A stretch of 64,000 bases of DNA, from NCBI GenBank assembly GCA_965140585.1, contig OZ223267.1, positions 352,001 through 416,000 on the forward strand. The letters run 5' to 3'. How positions within the stretch are numbered: position 1 is the stretch's first letter; every line of letters begins with the position of its first letter. The position numbers and the translations under genes were made by a program. This document shows, one piece after another, positions 50,681 to 61,230 of this stretch. Under the pieces are notes generated by a model. That model made no database searches and was not told the origin of the DNA. It was given only the letters and a program-made list of their open reading frames with translations. The DNA is from Spirochaetia bacterium. Lineage in GTDB: Bacteria; Spirochaetota; Spirochaetia; UBA9216.

Positions 50681-52486
50681 GTGAAAAAAATAATACTAAA
50701 TATAGCAGTGATATCACTGCTGGCAATTTTGTTGACAGGATGTTCATCGCCTCTGGCTTCTATAGTCGGTTATGATTTAATGGTCAGCCTTGGCCGAAAT
50801 AACTCATCGGAGCAGACGCAGCTCTATGCAGCTGTAGGGGGAAGTTTTGTTGTTCCCGTCACAGTGTCGAATCAAAACGGGGAAACAATTGCATCAGACT
50901 GCACAATAGTCTTTACGCTGTCGGATGATGATTTTTCAACCACAGATGATAATTACCTGCTCTTAACAGAAACAATTATTGCAGGTGAAGATGCTGATTT
51001 TACACTCAGTCTGCCTCCGGGCATAACAACAGCTGCTACCAGATATCTTTTTGCGGAGATTGACTGTGAAGATGACACGATAACTACCAATAATACTTCC
51101 CGTATTGCCCTGGATGTTGGAACAAGCAGTGAGCCCGATTTAGCTCTATCACTCAAATCTCCGTATACAGAGGTTCTTTACGGTCCGGCAGAAGGGAGTG
51201 TAAAAGTATCATACAGTATAAGTAATGAAGGATACAGAACTCTGAGTGCCGGGACAATTATTAAGCTGGACTTAACTGTCAACCTGGACGGAAGCGAAGT
51301 ATCCCTCTATGACGGTTCAGTTACGCTTAGTGAAGAGCTTTATCCTCAGGACTATATAAGCGGAACTTTTACAGCCGACCTGCCTGCCGAGGCCTCCCTC
51401 ATGGCTGATAATGCTGAAACGACCTTCTCGGGATGGATAGGATTCGTTACCGGGACTGTTAACGGCTCAGGAGACATCAGTGAGACCTCAACAGCAAAAA
51501 AATAATACTGACGGTCTCCTATGACTTCTATGATACTAGCAACTACAGATATCTTCTGGTCCCCGCAGATACAAGAGCACAAAACACTCCCACCGCAGGA
51601 AACTATTATCTTGGAGCTGCAATAATTGGAAGTATGGCTGAGGGAGACACTTCGGATAACACATATTCCTATTCAAGCGATGTTACATTTTTTAAAAAAA
51701 ACTATCAATCTTACAGGAACTGTAACCTCGTCAAGCTCCGGTAATGCGGCAGACGGTTCTACAGTTACCTATACTGCAACGATAACAAATGACGGCGATG
51801 GAGATATTGACGATAATTTCACCGTTACTTTGTATAGTTCTGAGGATAATTATAATGCTCGTTCAAGCAATACAATTTATACAACTACCGTTTCAGGTCT
51901 TGGCGTAGGAGAATCAAAGACAATAACCTATGACTTCAGCAACGCTGAGGGAAATAATGTTATGCATTGGGTAAGCTGCAAGATTGATACCGGAAATGCT
52001 ATTCCAGAGATTGATGAAGATGATAATACTCCCACATCTACCGGAATCTATTTCTATGATGATGAGAACAGCAGCAGGACATATACGCTTACATACAGGC
52101 CTTTTAGAACAAGCAGCGCTTTTTATATGTATTTTGTTCTTTATGATGAAAATGGTACTGCGTTGTCAACAGCTTCTTGCTCTACAAGTTCCCGAACTTT
52201 TGTTACTGCATTATCTCCAGGCATTTACTATCTAAAAGTTTATTCATATGTCCGTAACTCTTATGGTATGTTTGTTTCTCCATATTTCAGTTCGTCGATC
52301 GATAGCTATTCCACTCCATTTGAATCTTATTGCGCCGACAATTCCAAAGATGAATATGAGGACAATGATTCCAGTGTGTCCAGCGGAATTCCCGACAAGT
52401 ATACAGATTTAAATTTCGGAAAGGCATATAACCGTTATATCAATGGTAGTTCCGATTATGAATGGTATAAGGTAGTATTACCGTAA
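50681..52486 (+). pseudogene. CARDB/Ig-repeat surface lipoprotein, frameshifted
   Basis: Lipobox LLTGC; CARDB-like motifs (ITNDGDG, IPEIDEDDN). Frame breaks at A7 (51496-51502) and T6A8 (51688-51701). Confidence 0.75.
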
Positions 52487-52500
52487 CAAAGACATTCTAT

Positions 52501-52534
52501 AGGGCATCCGGTTTTCGGATGCCCTGTTTTTTTT
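52501..52534 (+). terminator. Intrinsic terminator
   Basis: AGGGCATCCG-GTTTT-CGGATGCCCT-G-T8. Confidence 0.9.
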
Positions 52535-52542
52535 ACAAAAAA

Positions 52543-52568
52543 GTCCAAATATATATTCTTGGGCGATC
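52543..52568 (+). promoter_or_regulatory. Operator, copy 2
   Basis: GTCCAAATATATATTCTTGGGCGATC, similar to copy 1; both are followed by TTAACCTCC. Confidence 0.6.
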
Positions 52569-52623
52569 TTAACCTCCATTATTGTTACTTTGAATTAAAA
52601 ATATTTTAGATGGAGAAATTTAA

Positions 52624-53064
52624 GTGAAGAATTCAAAACAATTTATAAAAACTGAATGTGCAATTTTAATGGGTCTGCCTGCAGTCTTTATAAGCGACTG
52701 TCAGAACGGGACAACCGATCAGGCAGCTGAAACAGCGGAAGAAACACCGGCTGCAACCTACACGATAACATACAATGCCAACGGTGCGGAAACAGGCACT
52801 GTCCCAACCGACTCCGCAGCCTACGAAGAAGGTAATACGGTAACGGTATTAGGGAACACCGGAGAGTTGACGAAAACTAATTATATTCTTCCGGGGTGGA
52901 ACACCAGGGCGGACGGCAGCGGTACAACATACACAGCCGGCAGCACATTTACTATCGGCGATGCTGATATAACCCTCTATGCACTCTGGTCTTTCGAAAC
53001 AATCATCTACAACGACTGTTATTCGAGAGCTAACTCTATCTGCCTTGATGATTCGGGTACTTAA
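52624..53064 (+). pseudogene. Truncated InlB B-repeat (Flg_new) lipoprotein
   Basis: YTITYNANGA...GWNTRADGSG...ITLYALW; damaged signal/lipobox (ISDC); ends abruptly against the convergent gene. Confidence 0.7.
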
Positions 53065-53066
53065 TC

Positions 53067-53927
53067 TTATTCGTATTTCATAACTGTTGCTATATTATTG
53101 TTTCCTCCATCACAATAAGCAACATATGGGGTGTTATCAGGGCTTAATACCAAAGATATATCGGTGCTCACCCCGGTAGAGATATCGCTGCTTCCTACAG
53201 TTTCCCAGCCATTTGTGCTGTCAAACTTCATGACTGCTACTTTATAGTCGGTAGCTTCATATACATAAGCAACATAGGGAGTCTTGTTTGAATCAAAAGA
53301 AAGTGATGTATACCGGACTGCACCATCACTGAAGCCGGCACTCCCAACAAAGATCCAGCTGCTTCCGTCATACATCATAACTGTTGCTTTGTTGCTATTA
53401 CTGACATCACAATACGCAACATAGGGCTTGTTATCAGAATCAATGGCAAGTGATTCATACATGGCTGTACCAGCGCTGAATCCGGAATTTCCGACTGTTT
53501 TCCATTTCCTGACATGAAATGGAATTGTTATTGTCTTACTTGCTGTATTCCCATCAGAATCTGTAACGGTTGCTGTCAGGGTTATTGTTGTGTCTTCAGA
53601 GGCAGGTGTAACCGTTGCCGTACCATCGGTAATAGAAATAATATCAGTGTTATTTGAGCTCCAGCTGATAGTAGATCCGCTTATTGTTGCAGTGGGCAAG
53701 GTGAAATTGCTTGTTACACATTCTGCTGAATCTCCGTCAGCAAATTGGAAGTCACTTGTACTGATTGTCGCGGCCTCTGTTTCTGCAATCGGTGTTTCAT
53801 CTGCAGTCGATGTTTCGTTTGCAGCTTGTGTTGTTGTCGTGCCGTTGTCACAACCTGTAAGAAAAATGCCCGTAAAAATTATTAGGGCAATTCCTATTCT
53901 TTTTAAATATCTTGATAACTCTTTCAT
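53067..53927 (-). CDS. Surface lipoprotein: Ig-like domain plus partial beta-propeller repeats
   Basis: FLTGC lipobox; ISWSSNN..ITLTATVT; three W..VG..GFS/SL..D....PYVAY repeats. Confidence 0.78.
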   Translation of the reverse strand: MKELSRYLKRIGIALIIFTGIFLTGCDNGTTTTQAANETSTADETPIAETEAATISTSDFQFADGDSAECVTSNFTLPTATISGSTISWSSNNTDIISITDGTATVTPASEDTTITLTATVTDSDGNTASKTITIPFHVRKWKTVGNSGFSAGTAMYESLAIDSDNKPYVAYCDVSNSNKATVMMYDGSSWIFVGSAGFSDGAVRYTSLSFDSNKTPYVAYVYEATDYKVAVMKFDSTNGWETVGSSDISTGVSTDISLVLSPDNTPYVAYCDGGNNNIATVMKYE

Positions 53928-53982
53928 TTATTTCCATCCTTCAGTGGTTTATTGATATAACTCTACTAAAAACGCGAAGACT

Positions 53983-54000
53983 GATCGTCCAGAAATATAT
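53983..54000 (-). promoter_or_regulatory. Operator, copy 3 (half-site facing the 53927 gene)
   Basis: Minus strand ATATATTTCTGGACGATC matches the right half of copy 1. Confidence 0.6.
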
Positions 54001-54036
54001 TCTTCTATATTTTTATATCAAGGAGAGATTTTTGAA

Positions 54037-56055
54037 TTGAAAAAGACTTCACATTTTTTTAAGAGGGCTGTCGTTATCCTTATGATAATTCTTGCAGCCC
54101 TTGTATGCGGATGTCCGAGCGGGACATCCGATATTGCGACCTATACAGTTACCTATGACGGAAACGGTGCGACAAGCGGAACTGTTCCGGCCGACGGCAC
54201 ATCCTATGTTGAAGGACTTTCGGCAACGGTTCTCGGCAACACCGGAACTCTTTCAAAAACAAACTATTCGTTTACCGGCTGGAATACTGCCTCTGACGGC
54301 AGCGGAAGCGCATACACTGCCGGTAGTACTTTCACAATGGGCGCATCCGATATCACCCTCTACGCAATATGGACAAAGGATCTTCTTCTTACAATTACCT
54401 CACCATCAGACAATGGATATACAAACGAGTCATCCTTTACAATGGATTTTACCTTTAATAAAGACGTTACCGGTTTTGATGCAGAAGACATAAGCGTAAC
54501 AAACTGTACATTATCAGATTTTGCCGGAAGCGGAGCATCTTATTCAGCAACAATTGCTCCGTCTGTAGAGGGTGATGTTGTTGTAACGGTAGCAGATGCT
54601 GTAGCAGAAGACGCTTATGGTTATATGAATATAGAAACAAGCTGCAGCCTGATTTATGATGTAACCGTGCCTGAACAAATAGCTGGTACCAATAGCGCAG
54701 CCGGAGCCGGTAAGCTTAAGATTACCTGGATTGAGCCTACAACTGAAGAGGACTCAAGCTTTGACCATGAAGTCCTGAAATGTTATGAGAATGGAACATA
54801 CACAACAATGTCTGAGGTTGAGGTTAATAAGGGGATATGTGAATATACCTTTGAAGGGCTTACTACCGGAAAGTATTATCATGTTTATGTATTTCCTGTA
54901 GACGCCGCGGGTAATAAACAGGGTTCTACAAGTTCCAAAATTATAGAACTTAGAGATGAAACATTCAGAAACGTCTATTACATTACAGACACGGAGGGTT
55001 TTACCGCCTTGTCAGACGATTTGAGTGGATATTATATTTTAATGGCAGATATAAGTCTGTCATCAACATGGACTCCTGTCGGAACCTTAGCAGATCCATT
55101 TACCGGCATACTTGAAAGCTTCTGGTCAGGAACTAAAGTAACAATAAGCGGACTGACCACATCGGCTCAAAAGTATAATTGATTATTGGGTTATGCCAAA
55201 TCTGCCTATGTAAGGGATATAATAATAAGCGATGTTGAAGTTAATGCATCCGGAACCTATGATTACCAGGGAGTTCTTGCCGGATACTGGAACGGCGGAA
55301 CAATTGAAGGAGTAGAGGTTTCCGGTACTGTTGGAAATAACGATCATGGAGATTATCATGGCGGCCTGGCTGGCTATATTAAAGACGCTGATGTTAGATC
55401 ATGTTTATCGACCGCGGTTGTAAGCGGGTGGGAATACGCCGGAAGGCTAATCGGCGCTACTGGCGGAACTACCACAATAAGCATGTGCGCGGTAGAAAAA
55501 AGCAGTACAAGCGGTGCCTCTGATACAGATTTGAGTGGAAACTTAAGAATTGGTGGTCTTGTTGGTATTGTTGAAAGCGGAGCACTTACAATCAGCGAAT
55601 GCTTTACAAATATGGTTATATCAGTTGAAGATTATTGCACAGATAATGCTGCCGCCTTATGCGCCAGAGCAGATGGATCGTGCACTGTAAATAATTGTTA
55701 TACAAGAGGTTCTTTTAACAGTACCTACACAAGCTGTGTTGGAAGCTTTTTGGGATATAGTGCCGCAACTATTAATTGTACCAATTCTTATGGACAGGGA
55801 ACTATTTCCGGCGGATCTTATACCGGAGCCCTTTATGGTCTTCTGAATGGCAGCATAACTACTTCCGGCTGCTACTATTCTGAAAATACCGGATAAAGCT
55901 CTGTTAAAGGCAGCGGCAGCGGTACCGGAACAGAAGTCCCGGATGCCTCAATATCAACGATAATATCTGCCGGTGGATGGGATAGCTCAATATGGGGTGT
56001 GGACAGCAGCCATAATGACGGTTATCCGTATTTATTAAATAATTCGTATAACTAG
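54037..56055 (+). pseudogene. Surface lipoprotein (B-repeat, Ig-like, FN3-like, GLUG-like repeats) with nonsense codons
   Basis: LVCGC lipobox; one frame with TGA 55180 (YN*LLGY) and TAA 55894; natural end GWDSSIW...DGYPYL..TAG 56055. Confidence 0.8.
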
Positions 56056-56141
56056 GTTCTACTTTTGATTTCAGCCCGGGGCTTTCCCGTGCTTTTTTAA
56101 TTTTATTGTTATCTTCTCATTCGTGTGATATTATCTATCGG

Positions 56142-56167
56142 GAAACTAAAAATGAAAAAATAGTTTC
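56142..56167. promoter_or_regulatory. Candidate TetR operator
   Basis: GAAACTA-N12-TAGTTTC upstream of tetR. Confidence 0.55.
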
Positions 56168-56198
56168 TGTAATCATATCAATTAAATTTTAAGGATAA

Positions 56199-56810
56199 GT
56201 GATGCCGGCCGGCGATACAGATAATGAGATAAAAAAAGTTATCCTGGAAGGGGTGATAGATGAATTTAACCAAAACGGTCTGAAATTTACGATGGATGAT
56301 TTAGCTCAAAGATTATCGATGAGTAAAAAGACCTTTTATAAATACTATAAAGACAAGAATGAACTTTTCATGGAAATGGTTGATTACTGTTTTTCTGCAA
56401 TAAAGGAAAGTGAAAAAAGGATTCTTCAGGATGAAGAACTGAGCCTTATTGAAAAAATCAGAAAAATTATTGTCGTTCTGCCGGAACGCTATTCCGGAGT
56501 TGATTTTCGCAAATTGTGGGAACTTAAAAATATATATCCCGAAGTTTTTGAAAGGGTGGCTTTAAGATTGGAAAATGACTGGGAGCCGACAATTAAGCTT
56601 CTGGAAGAGGGTGTCAGGATGGGAAATATAAGATCTGTACAGATACCTGTATTAAAGATGATGGTAGAATCTTCAATAGAACATTTTCTAAGCGGACATA
56701 CGCTCCTTGATGAAAATATTTCATACGAGCAGGCTCTTGAGGGGATGATGGATATTCTTTTACATGGAATTCTTGCTGAAACAGAAGGAGAAATAAAGAG
56801 TGAAACTTGA
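56199..56810 (+). CDS. TetR/AcrR regulator
   Basis: FTMDDLAQRLSMSKKTFYKYYKDKNEL. Confidence 0.9.
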   Translation: MMPAGDTDNEIKKVILEGVIDEFNQNGLKFTMDDLAQRLSMSKKTFYKYYKDKNELFMEMVDYCFSAIKESEKRILQDEELSLIEKIRKIIVVLPERYSGVDFRKLWELKNIYPEVFERVALRLENDWEPTIKLLEEGVRMGNIRSVQIPVLKMMVESSIEHFLSGHTLLDENISYEQALEGMMDILLHGILAETEGEIKSET

Positions 56811-58182
56811 TTTAAAGGCCAAGGCTTCATACGGTCTTGCCGCAGTCGGAAAGGATATGGTGTACGCCCTTTCCTCGGGTTATGTTCTCTATTACTACAA
56901 TGTCGTTATGGGACTCAGCGCTACATTTGTCGGAATTATACTGATGGTGGCACGTGTCTTTGATGCTGTAAACGACCCGGTAATGGGAATCATCGTAGCA
57001 AAAACCAACTCACGCTTCGGCAGGTTCCGTCCCTGGCTTTTCACAGGAACAATACTGAACGCCTTTGTTCTTTTCGCTCTTTTTGCGGTACCCGACGGAC
57101 TTGAAGGCAAACAGCTTATGGTTTATTTTGCTGCTATCTACATACTATGGGGGACTACCTATACAATTATGGATATTCCCTACTGGTCGATGATCCCGGC
57201 GGTAGCGGATACGCATGCTGAACGGGAAAACCTGTCTGTAATAGCAAGAAGCTGTGCCGGCGTCGGTTTTGCGGTAATAACAGTAGCCACAATGATTTCA
57301 GTAGCTAAATTCGGCGGGGGAAGTTCTGCTGCTGATTACCGTATCGGCTTCAGATGGTTCACACTTATCATCAGCTGTTTCTTTATTCTGGTCTCGGTTA
57401 TTGCCTGTATCAATATAAAGGAAAACAGTTCCGTAAATATGAAAACGGCAAGTGTCGGCCAGATGTTTAAATCACTTTTTAAAAATGACCAGGCTATGAT
57501 AATAGTGATTGCAATCATCTGCGTTAATACAGCTCTGTATATAACATCCAATCTGATAATATATTTCTTTCAGTTCGATATCGGTGGAGCCGGCTGGGAA
57601 GGTTCATATGCGCTTTTCAACACCTTCGGAGGCGGACTTCAGATTATTGCAATGATGATAATCTATCCTCTGATTCGAAAAAAGCTTTCAGCTACAACCG
57701 TTTTCAGACTCTGCCTCTTTATGGAAATCTTTGGTTATCTTGTTTTACTGATCATGGCATTTACCGGGGCTACGGCGGTATTTCTCATTTTTATCCCTGC
57801 CTTTTTTATCTTCTCGGGAAACGGAATGCTGACTGTCCTCACAACCATTTTTCTGGCCGATTCGGTAGACTACGGTGAGTTTAAAACAGGACACCGTGAA
57901 GAAAGTGTTATATTTTCAATGCAGACCTTTGTGGTGAAGCTTGCATCGGGCCTCGCAGCGCTGGCCGCCAGTATCGGTCTTGATTTAATCAATCTTGATA
58001 CCGATGCTGCTGTGCAGTCCTCAAAAACCATCTTCGGTCTAAGGACTGTTATGTCGGTTGTTCCTATGATTGGACTTTTTGTAGCGCTTTTTATTTTCAA
58101 AAAATATAAACTTGATGAAAAAGAACTTGCGAAGATTGCATCAAAACTTGAAAGAGAGGATGCATCGGCTGCGGGTATCTGA
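56800..58182 (+). CDS. GPH family sugar:cation symporter (MelB-like)
   Basis: GKDMVY, ARVFDAVNDP, GRFRPW, MDIPYWSM, DYGE..G.REE, FSMQTFVVK. Confidence 0.9.
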   Translation: MKLDLKAKASYGLAAVGKDMVYALSSGYVLYYYNVVMGLSATFVGIILMVARVFDAVNDPVMGIIVAKTNSRFGRFRPWLFTGTILNAFVLFALFAVPDGLEGKQLMVYFAAIYILWGTTYTIMDIPYWSMIPAVADTHAERENLSVIARSCAGVGFAVITVATMISVAKFGGGSSAADYRIGFRWFTLIISCFFILVSVIACINIKENSSVNMKTASVGQMFKSLFKNDQAMIIVIAIICVNTALYITSNLIIYFFQFDIGGAGWEGSYALFNTFGGGLQIIAMMIIYPLIRKKLSATTVFRLCLFMEIFGYLVLLIMAFTGATAVFLIFIPAFFIFSGNGMLTVLTTIFLADSVDYGEFKTGHREESVIFSMQTFVVKLASGLAALAASIGLDLINLDTDAAVQSSKTIFGLRTVMSVVPMIGLFVALFIFKKYKLDEKELAKIASKLEREDASAAGI

Positions 58183-58206
58183 TATACTGTTCATTGAGGA
58201 GACAGT

Positions 58207-59196
58207 ATGAATGATATTACTTTCAAGGCTTTAAATATATTTGAAACTGAGTCCGGCTTCAGCCCGGAAATTATAGACAAAAAGATTTCAGATCTCCCTG
58301 ATGGAGATCTGGTTATAAAAGTCCATTATTCATCGCTTAATTACAAGGATGCGCTTTCTATTTCCGGAAACAGGGGGGTTACCAGAAATTATCCTCATAC
58401 TCCGGGGATTGATGCCTCCGGTGAAGTTGTAGAATCGGGGTCACCGGCATTCACTGAGGGCGACAAGGTAATAATTACCGGCTACGACTTCGGTATGAAT
58501 ACCTCCGGCGGTTATCAGGAATATGCAAGGATACCCTCTACCTGGGCGGTGAAACTGCCCTCTGGGCTTAGCCTTGCAGAGGCAATGGTTTACGGAACGG
58601 CCGGTTTTACTGCTGCCATGTCGGCAGATAAAATATTTAAGACTCTCAGTCCTGAAGACGGTGAAATAATTGTGTCCGGGGCAACAGGCGGTGTAGGTTC
58701 CATAGCCGTAAGACTTCTTGCAGCAGCAGGTTACAGAGTTGCCGCAGTGACAGGAAAACCGGAAAAGGCGGATTACCTTAAATCACTTGGTGCCTCTTCT
58801 ATTGTCGAACGATCCTCTTTGCAGGAGGAAAATTCAAGGCCGATGCTAAAGGCGCAGTATGCCGGTGCAGTTGATACTGTCGGTGGAAATATTCTTGCAA
58901 ACATTATTAAATCGATTGCTCCGCTGGGAACCGTAACCAGCTGCGGGAATGCTGCCTCGGCTGATCTTCCGCTGAGTGTTTATCCCTTCATTCTGCGCGG
59001 TATCAGTCTTATTGGAATAGACTCTCAGAACTGCCCGATGGAATACAGGCAGTACATCTGGAATCATCTGGCAACAGACTGGAAACTTCCGGATTTATTA
59101 AATCTGGCGCATGAGATCAGCCTTTCTGAAGTAGCAGAACAGGCTTCTCTCATGCTGAAAGCCAAGGCTTCCGGAAGAGCTCTGGTTAAATTATAA
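58207..59196 (+). CDS. YhdH/AcuI-family NADPH oxidoreductase
   Basis: YSSLNYKDAL, GTAGFTA, SGATGGVGS, VYPFILRGISLIGIDS. Confidence 0.9.
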   Translation: MNDITFKALNIFETESGFSPEIIDKKISDLPDGDLVIKVHYSSLNYKDALSISGNRGVTRNYPHTPGIDASGEVVESGSPAFTEGDKVIITGYDFGMNTSGGYQEYARIPSTWAVKLPSGLSLAEAMVYGTAGFTAAMSADKIFKTLSPEDGEIIVSGATGGVGSIAVRLLAAAGYRVAAVTGKPEKADYLKSLGASSIVERSSLQEENSRPMLKAQYAGAVDTVGGNILANIIKSIAPLGTVTSCGNAASADLPLSVYPFILRGISLIGIDSQNCPMEYRQYIWNHLATDWKLPDLLNLAHEISLSEVAEQASLMLKAKASGRALVKL

Positions 59197-60219
59197 TCAG
59201 TTCCGGCTGATGGATATGTCGCCTGAGCTAGCCTTAACTCTAACCAGGCGGCCGCCTCCGTTTACTTTTCCGCTTATCCGATCTTCATCTGATTTTGTTA
59301 CATCGCCGAGTATTGTGAAATCAGTTGTAATCTTTCCGGAAGAGGCGCCAAGATCGGCATCAAAAGCTGAACCTGCAGGAAGACTGAGTCTGACTTTTCC
59401 CGATTTACTGTCTATATCAATATCTCCGGATAGGGTGGCCATTTCGATGGTGGTTTTGCCGGATGATATTTCGCATTGAATACCGCCTTCAGCTTTTAAC
59501 AGTTCAAGTGAACCTGAGGACAGTTTTATTCTGGTATTGTCTGCTGATAACCTGTTGATTTTTATATCGCCTGAGGATGCTTTGAGTCCTATTTCCGAAG
59601 AACGTAGTTCATCAATCTTTATATCTCCGGAACTTGCTGTAATATCAATGCTGCGGGCTGCATTTAACAGTCCTGCGTTTATTTTTCCAGAGGATGCTTC
59701 AATAGTAAGCAATTCGGCGGATATCCTATCCAGACTCACATCCCCGGAACTGGATTTTATATTCAGTTTATCAGCAGAGATGTCTGAAACTGTAATATCT
59801 GAACTGGAAAGTTCTATTTCAATGTCGCCGATGAATGATTCGGGTATATTCGCCGAAAAATAGACTCGACCTGTCTGTGCGAGTCCGAAGAATATTTTTT
59901 CATTTTTATAGAGACTGATGTTTAAGACTCTTCCGTTTTCCGAGACATACAAGGCGGGAACGGCACTGCCCTGATTTGAGGTCATAGTTCCCTCAAGAGC
60001 TAGCGTCAGCTTTTCGGATGCAGAGCTTCCATTGATGGTTTTATCAAAATTTACAGTTGAAATGCACAATCCGCATCGTGCTGAATCAAGCCTGAATACC
60101 AGTTTTTCAACTGAACTAAGGTTAACCTCTTTGTAATCATCCAGTTCGTATGACAGGGCAAAGCCATGTAGTACTGTACTCAGTAATATTACCGCTGTAA
60201 TTAAAATTATTTTTTTCAT
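59197..60219 (-). CDS. DUF4097 beta-strand-repeat secreted protein
   Basis: Signal peptide from ATG 60219; many ASSGDI repeats. Confidence 0.85.
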   Translation of the reverse strand: MKKIILITAVILLSTVLHGFALSYELDDYKEVNLSSVEKLVFRLDSARCGLCISTVNFDKTINGSSASEKLTLALEGTMTSNQGSAVPALYVSENGRVLNISLYKNEKIFFGLAQTGRVYFSANIPESFIGDIEIELSSSDITVSDISADKLNIKSSSGDVSLDRISAELLTIEASSGKINAGLLNAARSIDITASSGDIKIDELRSSEIGLKASSGDIKINRLSADNTRIKLSSGSLELLKAEGGIQCEISSGKTTIEMATLSGDIDIDSKSGKVRLSLPAGSAFDADLGASSGKITTDFTILGDVTKSDEDRISGKVNGGGRLVRVKASSGDISISRN

Positions 60220-60278
60220 TTTATCTCCTTGCTGCGATTTCTTACTGAAATATAGACCCGAAACCATTAATGCAGTAG

Positions 60279-60294
60279 TCGTATATTTGTACGA
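60279..60294. promoter_or_regulatory. Candidate LuxR-type box
   Basis: TCGTA-TATTTG-TACGA between the luxR gene and its downstream gene. Confidence 0.55.
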
Positions 60295-60303
60295 TTCGGG
60301 TAT

Positions 60304-61230
60304 TTAAGGCTTTCTCAGCCTGTTTGCAAGCTCAGTTTTATTGCCTACCTGCATTTTAGAGTAAATTCTTCCCACGTGAGTCTGGACGGTGGACATTGAA
60401 ATAAAAAGATCGGAGGATATTTCCTTGTAGGTTCTCCCGTGCATCAGCATGAGGGCTACCTCAGATTCCCGGGCTGACAGTCCGTAATGCCTGCAAAGTT
60501 CCTCAGTTCCTGATGTGGATACGCCGTCAACCTTTTTGCCGGAATAGAGTATTATCGAAGTCAAAAGTGCAATTACTACAATTATCCCGGACGGGATAAT
60601 AAAAACAGCTACTTCTGAATCTGTTATTACATATGCCGTTACAGATATTAGTATAAAGTTTAGTGTTATTCGAAATATTTCAAGGCCGGCTTTATCTGTA
60701 TTCTGATTTAAGGGCAGATAGAGTTTTACTGTACAGATTATCGAAATAAAAAGAAGCAGAAAAAATCCTGCCATTACTGAATACCCATATAGTTCTGCAA
60801 ACAAAGAGTTTACCGCGAAGGAGTTTATTATCAGGAATGAAGATTCAGATATCAAAAATAAACCCAGAGATACAGCACTTATTATAAAAACCATGCGCGA
60901 TCTGGAAAATTTACGGTATTCATTGGTAAGCAGAATGATAAAAAATCCGGCTGACGTCATAGAAAATAGCAGCAGTACATTAAGCACAAGTTCAGGAACA
61001 GCTGGGTTGAAATAGAGCTGCAGATTATCCGGACTGTTGTGAATATACATTTCTGCCGTGAGCAGTATACCGGTAAGAGAAAAACTTAGAAGAAACAAAT
61101 GCAGGGCCGGGCTTTTCTTTGAAGATTTACCGGATTTAACTATGACTATCCCGATGGAAATCAATGAAACAGAATAAACGAGAATATAGAGCAGATTGAT
61201 TAATATATCTTGAACCTGATTGCTGTTCAC
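60304..61230 (-). CDS. Membrane-anchored LuxR-HTH regulator
   Basis: About 7 TM helices; YGLSARESEV..GRTYKEIS..ISMSTVQTHVGRIYSK. Confidence 0.88.
   Translation of the reverse strand: MNSNQVQDILINLLYILVYSVSLISIGIVIVKSGKSSKKSPALHLFLLSFSLTGILLTAEMYIHNSPDNLQLYFNPAVPELVLNVLLLFSMTSAGFFIILLTNEYRKFSRSRMVFIISAVSLGLFLISESSFLIINSFAVNSLFAELYGYSVMAGFFLLLFISIICTVKLYLPLNQNTDKAGLEIFRITLNFILISVTAYVITDSEVAVFIIPSGIIVVIALLTSIILYSGKKVDGVSTSGTEELCRHYGLSARESEVALMLMHGRTYKEISSDLFISMSTVQTHVGRIYSKMQVGNKTELANRLRKP

Noticed and set aside
48781-54000. CRISPR repeats or IS ends for the GTCCAG...GGACGATC motif
   Set aside because: Only three degenerate copies, kilobases apart, tied to gene starts; no cas or transposase gene.
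45104-55896. Stop-codon reassignment or selenocysteine readthrough for the in-frame stops
   Set aside because: Both TAA and TGA occur alongside frameshifts, the contexts are not Cys-like, and intact genes use TAA, TGA and TAG as normal stops.
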